A DNA stretch of 64,000 nucleotides from Candidatus Falkowbacteria bacterium (GCA_963774955.1 CAVZGV010000006.1:90855-154854), one strand, 5' to 3'. Counted from the first letter of the stretch, positions 38,211-48,215 are shown. Notes: generated by a model from the sequence alone, not told the origin. Numbers and translations: made by a program.

Positions 38211-39881
38211 TTAATTAACCGATGCAATAGAATTAAGATGCTGCAACTCACCCGCATTAAAAATCAAGACTTCCATTGGTTCCTCCCCTGTCTTAATAAA
38301 ATTATCGGCCTGATCCTTAAAAATGAGTCTGATAGTGTTTGAAGTGTAATTTCGGTAATTGTAATTCCAAAGTTCAACAATATGATCATTTGTTTCCCGA
38401 CGGTCAAAGCCAGTCACCCAATTTTTATGATCAAAGGTCTCGGCAATATAACCGCCGGTTGGATATGATCCCCAATATAAAATTTTACTCTGATAATTTT
38501 TCAAAGTTAACCGCAGATAAGCATTTAAATGTTCTGCGCTGATTTGCTTGTCCGGATAAAATAACTCAATCGCCAGTTCAATGCCATTGCGTAAAACCTG
38601 AGCGCCTTCCAAATTATCAGGCAGGCCAACAAAAAGCAACTTTTGTTCCGATTGATTCAGATTAACTGCCCGTGGTAAATCATGGCGGATAATTTTTTCC
38701 GATAAATCAGCCGCAGTCTGCCAATTATAATTTTTATTGATCAAATTAGCCGTAAAATATAACAACAACAACGCTAAAATAATTTTTCCAGCTATTTTAT
38801 ATCTTTGCAACTGCCAAATCAAAAGACTCAACAAAATACAAAAAATTACCGAGGCCAGATAGACATAGCGCTCCCCCTCATCGCTTAAGTCATTATAATT
38901 CAATAGAAGTACCGGCAGAATTATTATTAAAAAAACGTCAAAGAGCAAAGCAACTTTAAACCCATATTTTTTAAGCGCCAACCAAATTAAACCCATAACT
39001 AACATTAGCACAGAACAAAAAATCAAGGCGTTATACGTAAAAAAGTCCGTTAGATAAACGCGCGCCTGGCCATAGAAGCCTAAATTAACAATTAAAGAAA
39101 CAAACATTTTGAACAGCTTAAACGCATGCAATTGAAATTTTTCCTGGGCATAATAACCGAACGCCAAGCCAATAGCATTATATCTGACAAAAAAATAACC
39201 AATAACCAAGGCCCAATAACCAAATGGCTTTAATATTATATCCTGCCAGCGGAATTTATTAACCGTAATTGCTTCATACAATTCCCAAACTACGATTAAC
39301 AGCGGCAAAGTGATTACAAATTCCTTAGTTAACAAACCGACAATAAAGCTAGCCACGGAAATCAAAAGCCAGGAAAATTTCAATTTTTGCCTGAACAAGA
39401 TATAACCGTAAAACGCCAATAAGTAAAAAAAAGTTGCCATGGGATCAGCCACGGCCGCAATCCAGATCACGGCTTCGGAGTGATTGGGCAAAAGACTGAA
39501 AAATAAGGCCGCTAAAATCCCGATTTTTTGTTTATGTTCAGATTGTTCAAACAAAAGTAAAACCAGCAAATAAACCAAGAAGCAAACGCCGATATGAAAT
39601 ATTAAATTAGTCAGATGATAAGGTAAGGGATTCAAACCACCAATTTGATAGTTAAGCCAGAAAACCACATTAACCATGGGCCTGTAACTGCCGCCCACGC
39701 CCTGCTCACCATAGTAATTGGCTGTAAAATAGTCTCCCAGGCTATGCTGGCTGGTCTGGGTATTATATAGCCAGTCAAAGTCGTCGGACACGAAAAAATC
39801 GTTCAGATTAACAAAATAAAGGCCTAAATTAATGACAATAAGACCTAAGAGTACCCAAAGATGGATTTTGTTGAATTTCAT
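38211..39881 (-). CDS. large polytopic membrane protein, possible GT-C-type glycosyltransferase (PMT/ArnT-like)
   Basis: 556 aa with >10 TM helices and an acidic first loop (NLNDFFVSDDFDW). Family is inferred; no SD sequence upstream. Confidence 0.45.
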   Translation of the reverse strand: MKFNKIHLWVLLGLIVINLGLYFVNLNDFFVSDDFDWLYNTQTSQHSLGDYFTANYYGEQGVGGSYRPMVNVVFWLNYQIGGLNPLPYHLTNLIFHIGVCFLVYLLVLLLFEQSEHKQKIGILAALFFSLLPNHSEAVIWIAAVADPMATFFYLLAFYGYILFRQKLKFSWLLISVASFIVGLLTKEFVITLPLLIVVWELYEAITVNKFRWQDIILKPFGYWALVIGYFFVRYNAIGLAFGYYAQEKFQLHAFKLFKMFVSLIVNLGFYGQARVYLTDFFTYNALIFCSVLMLVMGLIWLALKKYGFKVALLFDVFLIIILPVLLLNYNDLSDEGERYVYLASVIFCILLSLLIWQLQRYKIAGKIILALLLLYFTANLINKNYNWQTAADLSEKIIRHDLPRAVNLNQSEQKLLFVGLPDNLEGAQVLRNGIELAIELFYPDKQISAEHLNAYLRLTLKNYQSKILYWGSYPTGGYIAETFDHKNWVTGFDRRETNDHIVELWNYNYRNYTSNTIRLIFKDQADNFIKTGEEPMEVLIFNAGELQHLNSIASVN

Positions 39882-39897
39882 AGGGAGGTTACAAATC

Positions 39898-39972
39898 TAC
39901 AAATATTATACAAATGATTACAAATACATCACTAATTTATATTTATTTGTAACTGATTTGTATATTTGTAGC
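39898..39972. repeat. 'tacaaat'-unit palindrome (family 2, copy 2)
   Basis: ctacaaatattatacaaatgattac ... gtaactgatttgtatatttgtagc. Shares the centre ttacaaatacatca with the rplK-rplA spacer copy. Confidence 0.6.
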
Positions 39973-40201
39973 TATATTATACCAAATCCTTGCCTTTTCC
40001 CCTACTTTATATTCAGGCAGGCTTCTTGTAGTAATAATTGACAATTGCATTAAAATGTGTTATGATTAGGGGAAATAGTTAATTTGAGCAAGATTTTAAA
40101 ATAGAGAAAGTTGTTTTTCCACTAGAATTACAGACAAAGTCATTGAATAGCGCATATGAGCGCCAATCAGCAAAACCTCGAAAAAGCCAATTGAAAGGAG
40201 C

Positions 40202-40813
40202 TTGAGAATGAATACCGCGGAAGATACGATGAAAAAGCTGGACAGACTGCTTGAAGATACCCTGCCTGATGATTGTACGGCAAGGGGTATAGGGGCTTCC
40301 ATTATTGTTAATGAGTGCCTAGACGCTTTCTTGCAAGAAAAAGGCTGGGCTCGTGATAGCATGGGAGCAGTGACCCTGTTCGCTTCAATCATCAACCAGG
40401 GCGGGTGGAAAATCCCGAAACACATTCATGATCGAGTCTGTCGTTGTCAGCAACAGCGTCAACCTAGGACCCGCGAGCAGATCATGGCGCCGATGTGGTC
40501 TCTAATCGAAGAGTGGGGTCTCCCGACCAAGGAAGAGCCGAAAACCGAAAACGGCGTTACCTATTACACGGAAGCCGCCGGAAGCAGGAAAACCCCATTA
40601 ATCGAGATCAAGTTTTTCAAAGGTGGACAGGCGTATCACCAGGCAAAATACAATGGTATGGCCACTTTTTATCCGGAAGAAGGAACCTGGCATACGTACG
40701 TCTCCTATCCGGATCCAACGGATGAAAATTACCGCAAGGGAGATTATCTGCCTTCAACCAAAGATCGTGAAGAAGCCATTCGGATCGTTCTCGAAGCGGT
40801 CCAAAAAATGTAA
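40202..40813 (+). CDS. hypothetical protein (GC-rich islet)
   Basis: 203 aa. Local GC is clearly elevated. Hairpin terminator at 40823-40853. Confidence 0.5.
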   Translation: MRMNTAEDTMKKLDRLLEDTLPDDCTARGIGASIIVNECLDAFLQEKGWARDSMGAVTLFASIINQGGWKIPKHIHDRVCRCQQQRQPRTREQIMAPMWSLIEEWGLPTKEEPKTENGVTYYTEAAGSRKTPLIEIKFFKGGQAYHQAKYNGMATFYPEEGTWHTYVSYPDPTDENYRKGDYLPSTKDREEAIRIVLEAVQKM

Positions 40814-41011
40814 ACAACAAGGGTGTCTGTCAGGCGACAGGCACCCTTTTCAATTTTTAATATTATTAAGGCATAAAGCGTGATTGAATAATAAGATGGT
40901 GAGTTTAGAATTCCGTGCTGGCTTGACAAAAATCAAATAAATTGATATATTTAATAGTCCAAAAAAGGATGTAATTTTTAAATTCAAAACTGAAACGAGG
41001 AGGAGAAAAAA

Positions 41012-41875
41012 ATGTCAAAATCGGCAACGGTTTACACTCTTATGGCTGCATTGCGCGAGGCCGAGGATATCCTGGGTAAAGGCAGAAAGTGGCAGGCGAA
41101 AAATCCTATGCAAGCCAAGCTGATCACTGACTTTTTGAAGTACATCAGTGAAGCCGGCCAGATCAAGGAAATTGAGAGCATTGCCTCGCGTGACGCCAAA
41201 AAGATCAATGACTTTCTGGCTCAGCGCGGCTTTTCCATCCAGCTCAATCCCTTTGCTCCGACTGAATTCGGAGTGGCGGCCGTGCTGGACCTGCTGGTCA
41301 AATGGTTTCAACCCGGCAAAAAGATCCAGATCACGACCCCGAACAACCAAAAATATCCGGGTGTGCATCTGAAGCAGGGCGTGCAGTTTTTCAATGTGAA
41401 CGGTGACATGAACAAGCCCGTCGCCAAAATCAGAACCCAAAGCGACGACGAAGTCTTTATGACCATGATCGACCAGGTACCGGACGGTCTGGACCTGCTC
41501 GAATTCGCCGCCACCTTGGTAGCTCAGCTCCAGTACGGCAGAGAGGAATACGAGGGCCTGCATTTCCCCATGGTTGATTTCAAAAACCAGCCGGACATTT
41601 CCTGGCTCTTGGGCATGGCTACGACTGACAGCTCGGGCGTACCGGCTTGGATCTCCCAAGCCAAACAGGAAACCAAGTTGCGCATGAATGAGATCGGCGC
41701 CAGAGTCCAGGATGCTGTGGCCATGGCTACCATGAGATGTGCAATGATGCCGAAACAACCCCTGATCATCAATAAGCCTTTCTTGTGCATCTTCACCAGA
41801 CCGGGCCTGACCTTCCCACTGGCCGTGTTCTTTCTGGATCCCGACTGCTGGAAAAACCCGGGCAGCCTGGATTAA
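41012..41875 (+). CDS. serpin-like protein (short; C-terminal serpin motifs)
   Basis: GGAGGAG RBS. C-terminus KLRMNEIGARVQDAVAMATMRCAMMPKQPLIINKPFLCIFTRPGLTFPLAVFFLDP (cf. serpin hinge EEGTEAAAAT and FNKPFVFLMIE...SPLFMGKVVNP). LHFPMVDFKNQPDISWLLGM resembles serpin LPKFK...LGI. Only 287 aa, shorter than any canonical serpin. Confidence 0.4.
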   Translation: MSKSATVYTLMAALREAEDILGKGRKWQAKNPMQAKLITDFLKYISEAGQIKEIESIASRDAKKINDFLAQRGFSIQLNPFAPTEFGVAAVLDLLVKWFQPGKKIQITTPNNQKYPGVHLKQGVQFFNVNGDMNKPVAKIRTQSDDEVFMTMIDQVPDGLDLLEFAATLVAQLQYGREEYEGLHFPMVDFKNQPDISWLLGMATTDSSGVPAWISQAKQETKLRMNEIGARVQDAVAMATMRCAMMPKQPLIINKPFLCIFTRPGLTFPLAVFFLDPDCWKNPGSLD

Positions 41876-41942
41876 AAGTCAAAGCTTAAAAAGCTGACCC
41901 CAAAATAAACCCCAAAGGGCCCCACATCGTGGCGGCCCTTTT

Positions 41943-42824
41943 TTAATTCTCAGTTTTTAATTTATCCAGCAATTTAACTATATTCAATTCCGGATAGATG
42001 CTTATACGCTTTAAAGCCAATAAATCATCCGGATCCTGCCAGGCATCCTGATCATAGGTTAACCCGGCTTGATAACCGGCTTGTCCGGCTAATTCCTTTA
42101 TCTGGTCATTATATAAACCAAAAGGATAGCAGATCACGGTAATATCCTTACCCAATAAATCCGCCAGCATTTTTTTACTGTCTGTCAGTTCCTTAAGGGC
42201 TTCAGCACTGCTGATTTTGGTCAGCTTGGGATGCCAGACTGTATGCGAGCCGATTTCCACTAAACCGCTTTCAGCCAGTTCAATTATCTGGTCCTTGGAT
42301 AAATAATTTGATCCGCCCACGCCGGTCATGATATATATTGAGGTCTTAATATTGTATTTTTGCAAAATCGGCCAAGCCTGGGTATAAAAATCCTCATTGC
42401 CGTCATCAAAAGTAATAGCCATTATTTTTTCCTGAGGCAATTGCTTCTTAGACAAATAATCGACAACTTCGCTGACAAAAAACGGGCGGTAATCATTGTC
42501 TAATAAATCCTTTAAAATCTGCTCAAATTTCAGCGGTTCAATAAAATAACTTCTGGTAATTTTGTCGGCATTAGCGGGTGCAGTGCCGATATGATGAAAA
42601 TCCAAAATCGGCACAAAAGCCCTTTCTCCAACCTTGAGTTGGTAATACCCTTTTTTCCCCTCTTGCCCATTTTCCCCTTCTTGCTCTTCAATATTTTCCC
42701 GATTCCAAACATCATCCGCAGGCTTTGACCGCAAATCAACAAACAAATGGTCAATCAAAATAATGACCGCCACCACTAAAATTGCGATTAAAATATCAAT
42801 AGCTAATTGGTGTCTTTTCTCCAT
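41943..42824 (-). CDS. polysaccharide deacetylase (NodB/CE4 domain) with N-terminal TM anchor
   Basis: MAITFDDGNEDFYTQAWPILQKYNIKTSIYIMTG and HTVWHP (NodB motifs). Start trimmed to MEKRHQLAIDIL...; the longer ORF extension overlaps the neighbouring GC-rich gene. Confidence 0.7.
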   Translation of the reverse strand: MEKRHQLAIDILIAILVVAVIILIDHLFVDLRSKPADDVWNRENIEEQEGENGQEGKKGYYQLKVGERAFVPILDFHHIGTAPANADKITRSYFIEPLKFEQILKDLLDNDYRPFFVSEVVDYLSKKQLPQEKIMAITFDDGNEDFYTQAWPILQKYNIKTSIYIMTGVGGSNYLSKDQIIELAESGLVEIGSHTVWHPKLTKISSAEALKELTDSKKMLADLLGKDITVICYPFGLYNDQIKELAGQAGYQAGLTYDQDAWQDPDDLLALKRISIYPELNIVKLLDKLKTEN

Positions 42825-43053
42825 ATGATTTGTCTCTATTTTAGCACTGTTTGAATTATATTGACAAGAAAGTCTCAACTCGTTTCTAGGATTTGCGTGC
42901 TCCTTGACAAAACATAAAAAAAATGATATTGTTATATATTGTAAACCCATTAAGGCAGGGGGACTAAATACTGCCCAGGCTGCCACGTTCGTGGCAACCG
43001 ACAACCTTTACCACCCCGCAGTGCGGGGCCAAATCCGGAAAGGGAGGAAGAAC

Positions 43054-43791
43054 ATGAGAGCGAAAGATTTGATGTGTGCCAAGGCTAAGGACGGAATCCT
43101 ATTGATCGAAGGATTAAAGGATTACCACTTGAGAGTGCTGGGCGCAACCATGCCCTGCAGTTCACATGGGACTGATACGGTCAATTCATTTTACCTGACA
43201 CCGATTAAAGACCAGAAAGGTCTGGTGTCTGTCCATGTTTGCGCAGCTAACCACGCTAAAGTAGCATGTTTTTTCCTGAACGTTGATTTTAGCGGTCAGG
43301 AACCGATCATTGACCTGGAAAATCAATGGCTGCCTCAAGCGGACCGGTTGGGTCAGGTCTATGACAGGGGCATCGAGGTAATGATTGAGAGTATCCTTTT
43401 CTCCTCGCGGCTGTGCTTTGATAGCCGACTGCCCGAGAACTATGTGGCGGGTGATGTTCTCTGTCGCTACCTGATCGGCGAAATCAGCGCCGAGGATGTC
43501 CACCAAGCAGTCACCAACTTGGCTGATGAAATCAGCGCCCGGGCCAAACTGCCTGAGCTGGAAGAATCAGTCAAACGCTATCAGACTGAACTTGAAACCG
43601 TCACCGCGGATCGAGATGAATTCAAACACGTAATCCATGAGAAAACCCAAAAACTCGATTTAATGGCCGACTTCACCAATCACTTACGCGATTTGGTCAA
43701 ACAACTCGAAAAAAGTCTGGCCTCAAAGTGGTTCCTGAGCAAAAAAGACAAGCAACTGCTGGAATCTTTGAACCAGGTAAGCTGGCGCTAA
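43054..43791 (+). CDS. hypothetical protein with C-terminal coiled coil (GC-rich islet)
   Basis: GGGAGG RBS before MRAKDLMCAKAKDG. TTGACA promoter at ~42944. Structured GC-rich 5' leader containing the cccgcagtgcgggg hairpin. Terminator at ~43824-43857. Confidence 0.5.
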   Translation: MRAKDLMCAKAKDGILLIEGLKDYHLRVLGATMPCSSHGTDTVNSFYLTPIKDQKGLVSVHVCAANHAKVACFFLNVDFSGQEPIIDLENQWLPQADRLGQVYDRGIEVMIESILFSSRLCFDSRLPENYVAGDVLCRYLIGEISAEDVHQAVTNLADEISARAKLPELEESVKRYQTELETVTADRDEFKHVIHEKTQKLDLMADFTNHLRDLVKQLEKSLASKWFLSKKDKQLLESLNQVSWR

Positions 43792-43904
43792 GGCCAGAAA
43801 TCTAACCAAAACAAATAAAAGCGCGAGCCAATCCTGGTTCGCCTTTTTTTATATAAATTTTTATGGCTGCGGTAAAAACAACGTAGTTGTAACTTTTTCT
43901 AAAC

Positions 43905-44003
43905 AAAAAAGACAAACCGTCTGTAAGTCATTCAGAGCGCAGCGTGGAATCCATGAAGTCCTGGATTCTTCGTTTCACTCTGAATGACGATTTGTCTTTT
44001 TTT
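43905..44003. repeat. long palindromic intergenic element, family 1 (copy 2, inverted relative to copy 3)
   Basis: aaaaaagacaaaccgtctgtaagtcattcagagcgcagcgtggaatccatgaagtcctggattcttcgtttcactctgaatgacgatttgtcttttttt. Confidence 0.8.
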
Positions 44004-44466
44004 ATTTCTCAGTTTTTAATTTATCAATCAGCTCCTGATAATCCATGGTGATCACGTGCAGGTCATGAATAATATTAGTACAATTTTGCGTATATTTTCG
44101 CCTGGGGATTAATTGCCAGTGCAGATGAGCTATGGAACAGCCGGAAAACTTACCGACATTAATGCCGAAATTAAATGATTCAGTGGCAAATAAATCTGCC
44201 AAGGCTTTCTTGCTTTTAGCAAATATTGTAAAAAACTCCGCCTTTTCTTGATCATTAAGGTCCTCCACCTGACAGACATGCCTTTTGGGGACCAGCATTA
44301 AATTACCGTCCAGATACGGATATTTATTGGCTATTACTAACCAATGCTCCCCTTCTAAGCTTTTTACCGACTGGGCCTGTAAATTTTCAGGATCACAAAA
44401 CTGGCAGGTTTTGATTTTATCTTTTACTTTCCGGTATTGAGCCCGGCTTGGTTCTAATACTTTCAT
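44002..44466 (-). CDS. HIT-superfamily protein (GalT/Ap4A-phosphorylase-like variant)
   Basis: CQFCDPE...LVPKRHV...AHLHWQLIP: HIT-like triad with the third His replaced by Gln. Confidence 0.6.
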   Translation of the reverse strand: MKVLEPSRAQYRKVKDKIKTCQFCDPENLQAQSVKSLEGEHWLVIANKYPYLDGNLMLVPKRHVCQVEDLNDQEKAEFFTIFAKSKKALADLFATESFNFGINVGKFSGCSIAHLHWQLIPRRKYTQNCTNIIHDLHVITMDYQELIDKLKTEK

Positions 44467-44528
44467 ATTTTAGAAAATTAATTTAAAACAGCCACCTATA
44501 TTTAATATAGCATGGCTGTTAAGAATTG

Positions 44529-45002
44529 TCAGGAAGCTTTGATTTTGGCGATTATTTTGCTGGTGCTGACATCGGGGTGAGAATCTGCAAATTCAACCAC
44601 TTCAATCTCTAATTTGGCTGCCAACTGACGTTTTTCCTCGTTGCGGGACGACTTTGTCGTTTGGGAAATGACCAGAACGTGTGGTTTTACCTGCGTTATT
44701 AATTCCCCGATATCATCAAAAATCGTCACCAGATCAACCCCATGGATGTAAGAAATCAGCTCGGCTCGGTATTGCTCCGGAATGATCGGACGACTCGGTC
44801 CTTTCATTTTTCTGACTAATGAATCCGAATTGACACCGACGACCAGGACGCTGCCCAGTCTGACACAATCATCAAGATAGATTGCATGACCGATGTGAAA
44901 CAGGTCAAAAACGCCTGCGGTTAAAACGATGTTATGGCCCATTTTTTTCAGCAGGTCACAATCCGCGCCAATTTTATCCAAAGCAACAATCTTCATTGCC
45001 AC
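44529..45002 (-). CDS. cytidylyltransferase-like nucleotidyltransferase (RfaE domain II / TagD-like)
   Basis: TAGVFDLFHIGHAIYL (HxGH motif) and 157 aa. Confidence 0.7.
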   Translation of the reverse strand: MAMKIVALDKIGADCDLLKKMGHNIVLTAGVFDLFHIGHAIYLDDCVRLGSVLVVGVNSDSLVRKMKGPSRPIIPEQYRAELISYIHGVDLVTIFDDIGELITQVKPHVLVISQTTKSSRNEEKRQLAAKLEIEVVEFADSHPDVSTSKIIAKIKAS

Positions 45003-45124
45003 CTCCTTTGTTTGGTTTTGATATCTGAATTTTATAAACAGAAACCAAATATGTCAAGTAAATAAAAAACACCTACATAAAGCGGATGTTTTTAACGTCT
45101 GAACAGTCAAGTCTTGGACCTTAG

Positions 45125-45514
45125 TTATTGGGATTTTTTTCTTTTCTTAGCTTCCAGCGCACGAATTTCTTTTTCATTAAGCCCTAAGTGGTGGCCGACT
45201 TCGTGCCATACGACTTCATAGATTAATTTTTTCAATTTATCCTCGTTACGACCGGCGAATGCCTCTATTGATTTTTGAAAAATGGTAATTTTATCCGGTA
45301 ATACGCCAAAATATCCGGAATCGCGTTCTATCCGCGGAATACCCTCATAGAGCCCTAAGAGCGTTTCGTCAACTCTGATTCCGATTTCTTGCGCTTTTTT
45401 CCTACGCGGATTTTGTTCAATTACAAAAGAAACATTATCCATAGCTTCTTGGATATGGCGCGGCATTAAGGCAATAGCATCGCACACTAATTTTTCGAAT
45501 TCAAATCTCGTCAT
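45125..45514 (-). CDS. small zinc-metallopeptidase-like protein (HExxH)
   Basis: VVWHEVGHHLGLNE near the C-terminus. Start trimmed to MTRFEF because the longer ORF overlaps the upstream transporter gene. Confidence 0.45.
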   Translation of the reverse strand: MTRFEFEKLVCDAIALMPRHIQEAMDNVSFVIEQNPRRKKAQEIGIRVDETLLGLYEGIPRIERDSGYFGVLPDKITIFQKSIEAFAGRNEDKLKKLIYEVVWHEVGHHLGLNEKEIRALEAKKRKKSQ

Positions 45515-45609
45515 AATAATTTCCGACGATTCACAAATTTTTACATTTTTTCCTTGGAAGATTAAAAAATGCAAACATCTACCAATCAAACTAGTGATAA
45601 TTATAATTC

Positions 45610-46572
45610 TTAGCCTCTGATAATAAGAGTAATAATATAAATTAAATAAATTGCGATAAAGCCAGCGCCTTGCCAACGTTCCAGGATTCTTTTTTGGCCT
45701 ACAAACATGGCCAGAAAAAGCAAAACAGTCGCTAAAATCGCCATTAAAATATCTTGATTTAAAGCAGGAGTAAATGGCAATGGTTTGATAATAGAACTTA
45801 AACCTAAAATCCAAAAAATATTAAATATATTAGAACCGACAATGTTGCCAATAGCAATGTCGGCATTTTTTTTGTAAGCAGCCATGGCAGAAGTGGCAAG
45901 TTCAGGCAAGGAAGTACCAATAGCCACTATGGTTAAACCAATCAAAGATTGGCTGACACCTAAACTAGTAGCAATGCTGACTGCTCCATCAACGATCCAT
46001 TTACCGCCGATTGTTAAACAAAGTAAACCTCCAATAATCATCAGAATTGAAGTTGATATTTTATGTTCTTTTACACCTTGTTTTTCTGTTTCAACTCCCT
46101 TACTAATACCATGAGTATAATAAAGAAAGATCGCAAAAAAGCCGATTAAGATTAAACCATCAATTCTTGTTATGACTGAAAAATTAAAACCGTCTATCAG
46201 CGCGTCATTTGCCATTAAAGCCATAGCAATAACAGCTAAAAGGGCCAATGGGATTTCTTTCCAAGTAGTATTATTTTTAACAGCTAAAGGATATATTATA
46301 GCTGATATCCCAAGGATTAAAAGAATATTGGCGATATTACTGCCTAAAATATTGCCAATGGCAATATCCGTATTGCCCTGGATGCTGGCAAAAATATTTA
46401 CAATCAGTTCTGGGGCAGACGTGCCAAAAGCCACAATTGTTAAGCCAATCGCTAGCGCAGAAATGCCAATTCTTTTTGCCAAAGAAGACGCGCCATCAAC
46501 CAGCCAATCAGCACCTTTGATTAAAACAACAAAACCGAAAACAAAAAGAATGTAAGTTAAGAGTTGGTACAT
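45610..46572 (-). CDS. Ca2+/cation antiporter (CaCA family)
   Basis: Two alpha-repeat signatures (GTSAPELIVNI..., GNILGSNIANILLILG, GTSLPELATS..., GNIVGSNIFNIFWILG). Confidence 0.8.
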   Translation of the reverse strand: MYQLLTYILFVFGFVVLIKGADWLVDGASSLAKRIGISALAIGLTIVAFGTSAPELIVNIFASIQGNTDIAIGNILGSNIANILLILGISAIIYPLAVKNNTTWKEIPLALLAVIAMALMANDALIDGFNFSVITRIDGLILIGFFAIFLYYTHGISKGVETEKQGVKEHKISTSILMIIGGLLCLTIGGKWIVDGAVSIATSLGVSQSLIGLTIVAIGTSLPELATSAMAAYKKNADIAIGNIVGSNIFNIFWILGLSSIIKPLPFTPALNQDILMAILATVLLFLAMFVGQKRILERWQGAGFIAIYLIYIITLIIRG

Positions 46573-46714
46573 AAAAGTTTATAGAGTTTACTTCAGCCGT
46601 AAGGCCATCGGTCTTGAAATTATTAATTTTAATTACAGTGGCCTGAGAGTTTATTCGAGGGTCGATTTATGGGGTACTCTGAGGGCACCCAAGTCGCTCG
46701 ATAAAAAAGTCTTG

Positions 46715-46789
46715 TGGCTGGGGAGATAGGATTCGAACCTATGAATGCCGCCTCCAAAGGGCGGTGCCTTACCGCTTGGCGACTCCCCA
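46715..46789 (-). tRNA. tRNA-Gln (anticodon UUG), CCA encoded
   Basis: Minus-strand cloverleaf tggggag tc gcc-aagcggtaa-ggc a ccgcc CTTTGGA ggcgg cattc atagg ttcgaat cctat ctcccca g cca. G at position 37 is atypical, so the isotype call is moderate. Confidence 0.6.
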
Positions 46790-47075
46790 AAAATTAAAGT
46801 TACTAATTGTTTAACCGCGTGCTTGCCTGCCGAAGCTTTAGCGAAGGCAGGGCGACTCCCCAAAAATTTAAAACTACTAATTGTTTAACCGCTTGCTTGC
46901 CCGCCAGAGCCTGAAAGGCGTAGGCGGGGCGACTCCCCAAAGGTGTTAATGACCAATAATCAATAACCAATAACCAAATAATTTTCAAATCTCAAATACC
47001 AAAATTATTTTACTAACTTTCAACCGCTTGCTTGCCCGCCAGAGCCTGAAAGGCGTAGGCGGGACGACTACCCAA
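46785..47075 (-). repeat. three tandem ~75-nt pseudo-tRNA-like repeats, each starting with the tRNA-Gln 5' acceptor segment
   Basis: On the minus strand each unit begins ttGGGGAGTCGCC (identical to the tRNA 5' end), then a GC hairpin (ccgcctacgcctttcaggctctggcggg or ctgccttcgctaaagcttcggcagg), a D-loop-like aagc(ac)gcggttaaac and an AT-rich tail. Units 2 and 3 are near-identical. Confidence 0.7.
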
Positions 47076-47326
47076 GGATATCGTGATTAGTTAAACGGTT
47101 TCGTTAAGCGTTAATCGATAATCGTACTACTATTGTATGCGAAAATGGGGCTAAAGTCAGAGAATAATGTGCCATTGTTTAGATAATAAAAGTCGTTCCT
47201 AATTTCGGAACGGCCTTTGTTTGTGATTAAACCATATTGAATAAAGATATAAGAAGATAAATACATCAAAATATTTTATAATAAATGAAACAGCCTATCG
47301 TCATGGCAGACAATAGGCTGTAATTT

Positions 47327-48055
47327 TTAGGAAAAAAATCCAGATTTAGACGCTTCGGGGCAGATGATTTTATAAATTTCACTGCTCTCTTTTTTAAGGA
47401 TGTTCAGAATTTCAACCTCCTTATCCTTGTGGTTTGCCAGGATTTCAGTAGCAATCCGTTTAACGTCATCATTATGGATGCCTCGTGCTGTTCTAGTTTC
47501 AAATACTTCACAGCCATAAACTCGAGCTTTATTAAAACTATAGGTTTCGAGATATGACTCTGTTTTTACCAAAGTAGCTAAGGCCATAGCCACATATCGG
47601 GGAGATACGCTGGGATCTTTGGCTTTTGCCTGGACTTGTTCGTAAAATCCTTCCAATTCGGGATTAAGAGCTATTTCCCAGGTCCTTAGTTGGGAAAAAT
47701 TTAGCGGAGTATCTTCTCCTCTTTCCAGTTTTCTCAGATTAGCAATCAATTCCCTACAATATTGATCGGAATCGAGTTTTCTACCGATGGCTTCTTTAAG
47801 TTCTCTTCGGATAAAAAGAACCAAGACGATTAAAGAAGCTACCAGAGAAATTATTAAGGTTATGACCGCAAAATCTTTTCTGGATAAAGCGGTGTGCCAA
47901 AATATTGTGTACCCAAAATAAACTAAGTTTGGCACACCTAAAATCCACCAAATGCAGGATAAAACTTGAATATCAAAATTCTCGCGACGACGGTCAAGAA
48001 ACATTGAAATAATCTCATCCATTTTCCAAACCCAATCAATCTTTTTTACGCTCAT
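47327..48055 (-). CDS. hypothetical membrane protein
   Basis: 242 aa with two N-terminal TM helices and a hairpin terminator directly after the stop (acagcctat...ataggctgt). Confidence 0.45.
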   Translation of the reverse strand: MSVKKIDWVWKMDEIISMFLDRRRENFDIQVLSCIWWILGVPNLVYFGYTIFWHTALSRKDFAVITLIISLVASLIVLVLFIRRELKEAIGRKLDSDQYCRELIANLRKLERGEDTPLNFSQLRTWEIALNPELEGFYEQVQAKAKDPSVSPRYVAMALATLVKTESYLETYSFNKARVYGCEVFETRTARGIHNDDVKRIATEILANHKDKEVEILNILKKESSEIYKIICPEASKSGFFS

Positions 48056-48215
48056 TTTTCTCCTCCTTGTTGAGCGGTTAGTTTTAAAAACCAGTTCTTT
48101 TTATAACTTAACACTATCGTTTGAAGATGTCAAAATATCCATTAAATTACGAGGCAATCTCCTTATAACTAAGGTTCTAAACCTTACTGTTCAGCCAAAT
48201 TTAAAAGCAGTGGCG

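Noticed and set aside
46785-47075. Tandem repeats that could be mistaken for a CRISPR array.
   Set aside because: The units are ~75 nt, clearly tRNA-derived, with no alternating unique spacers and no cas genes nearby.
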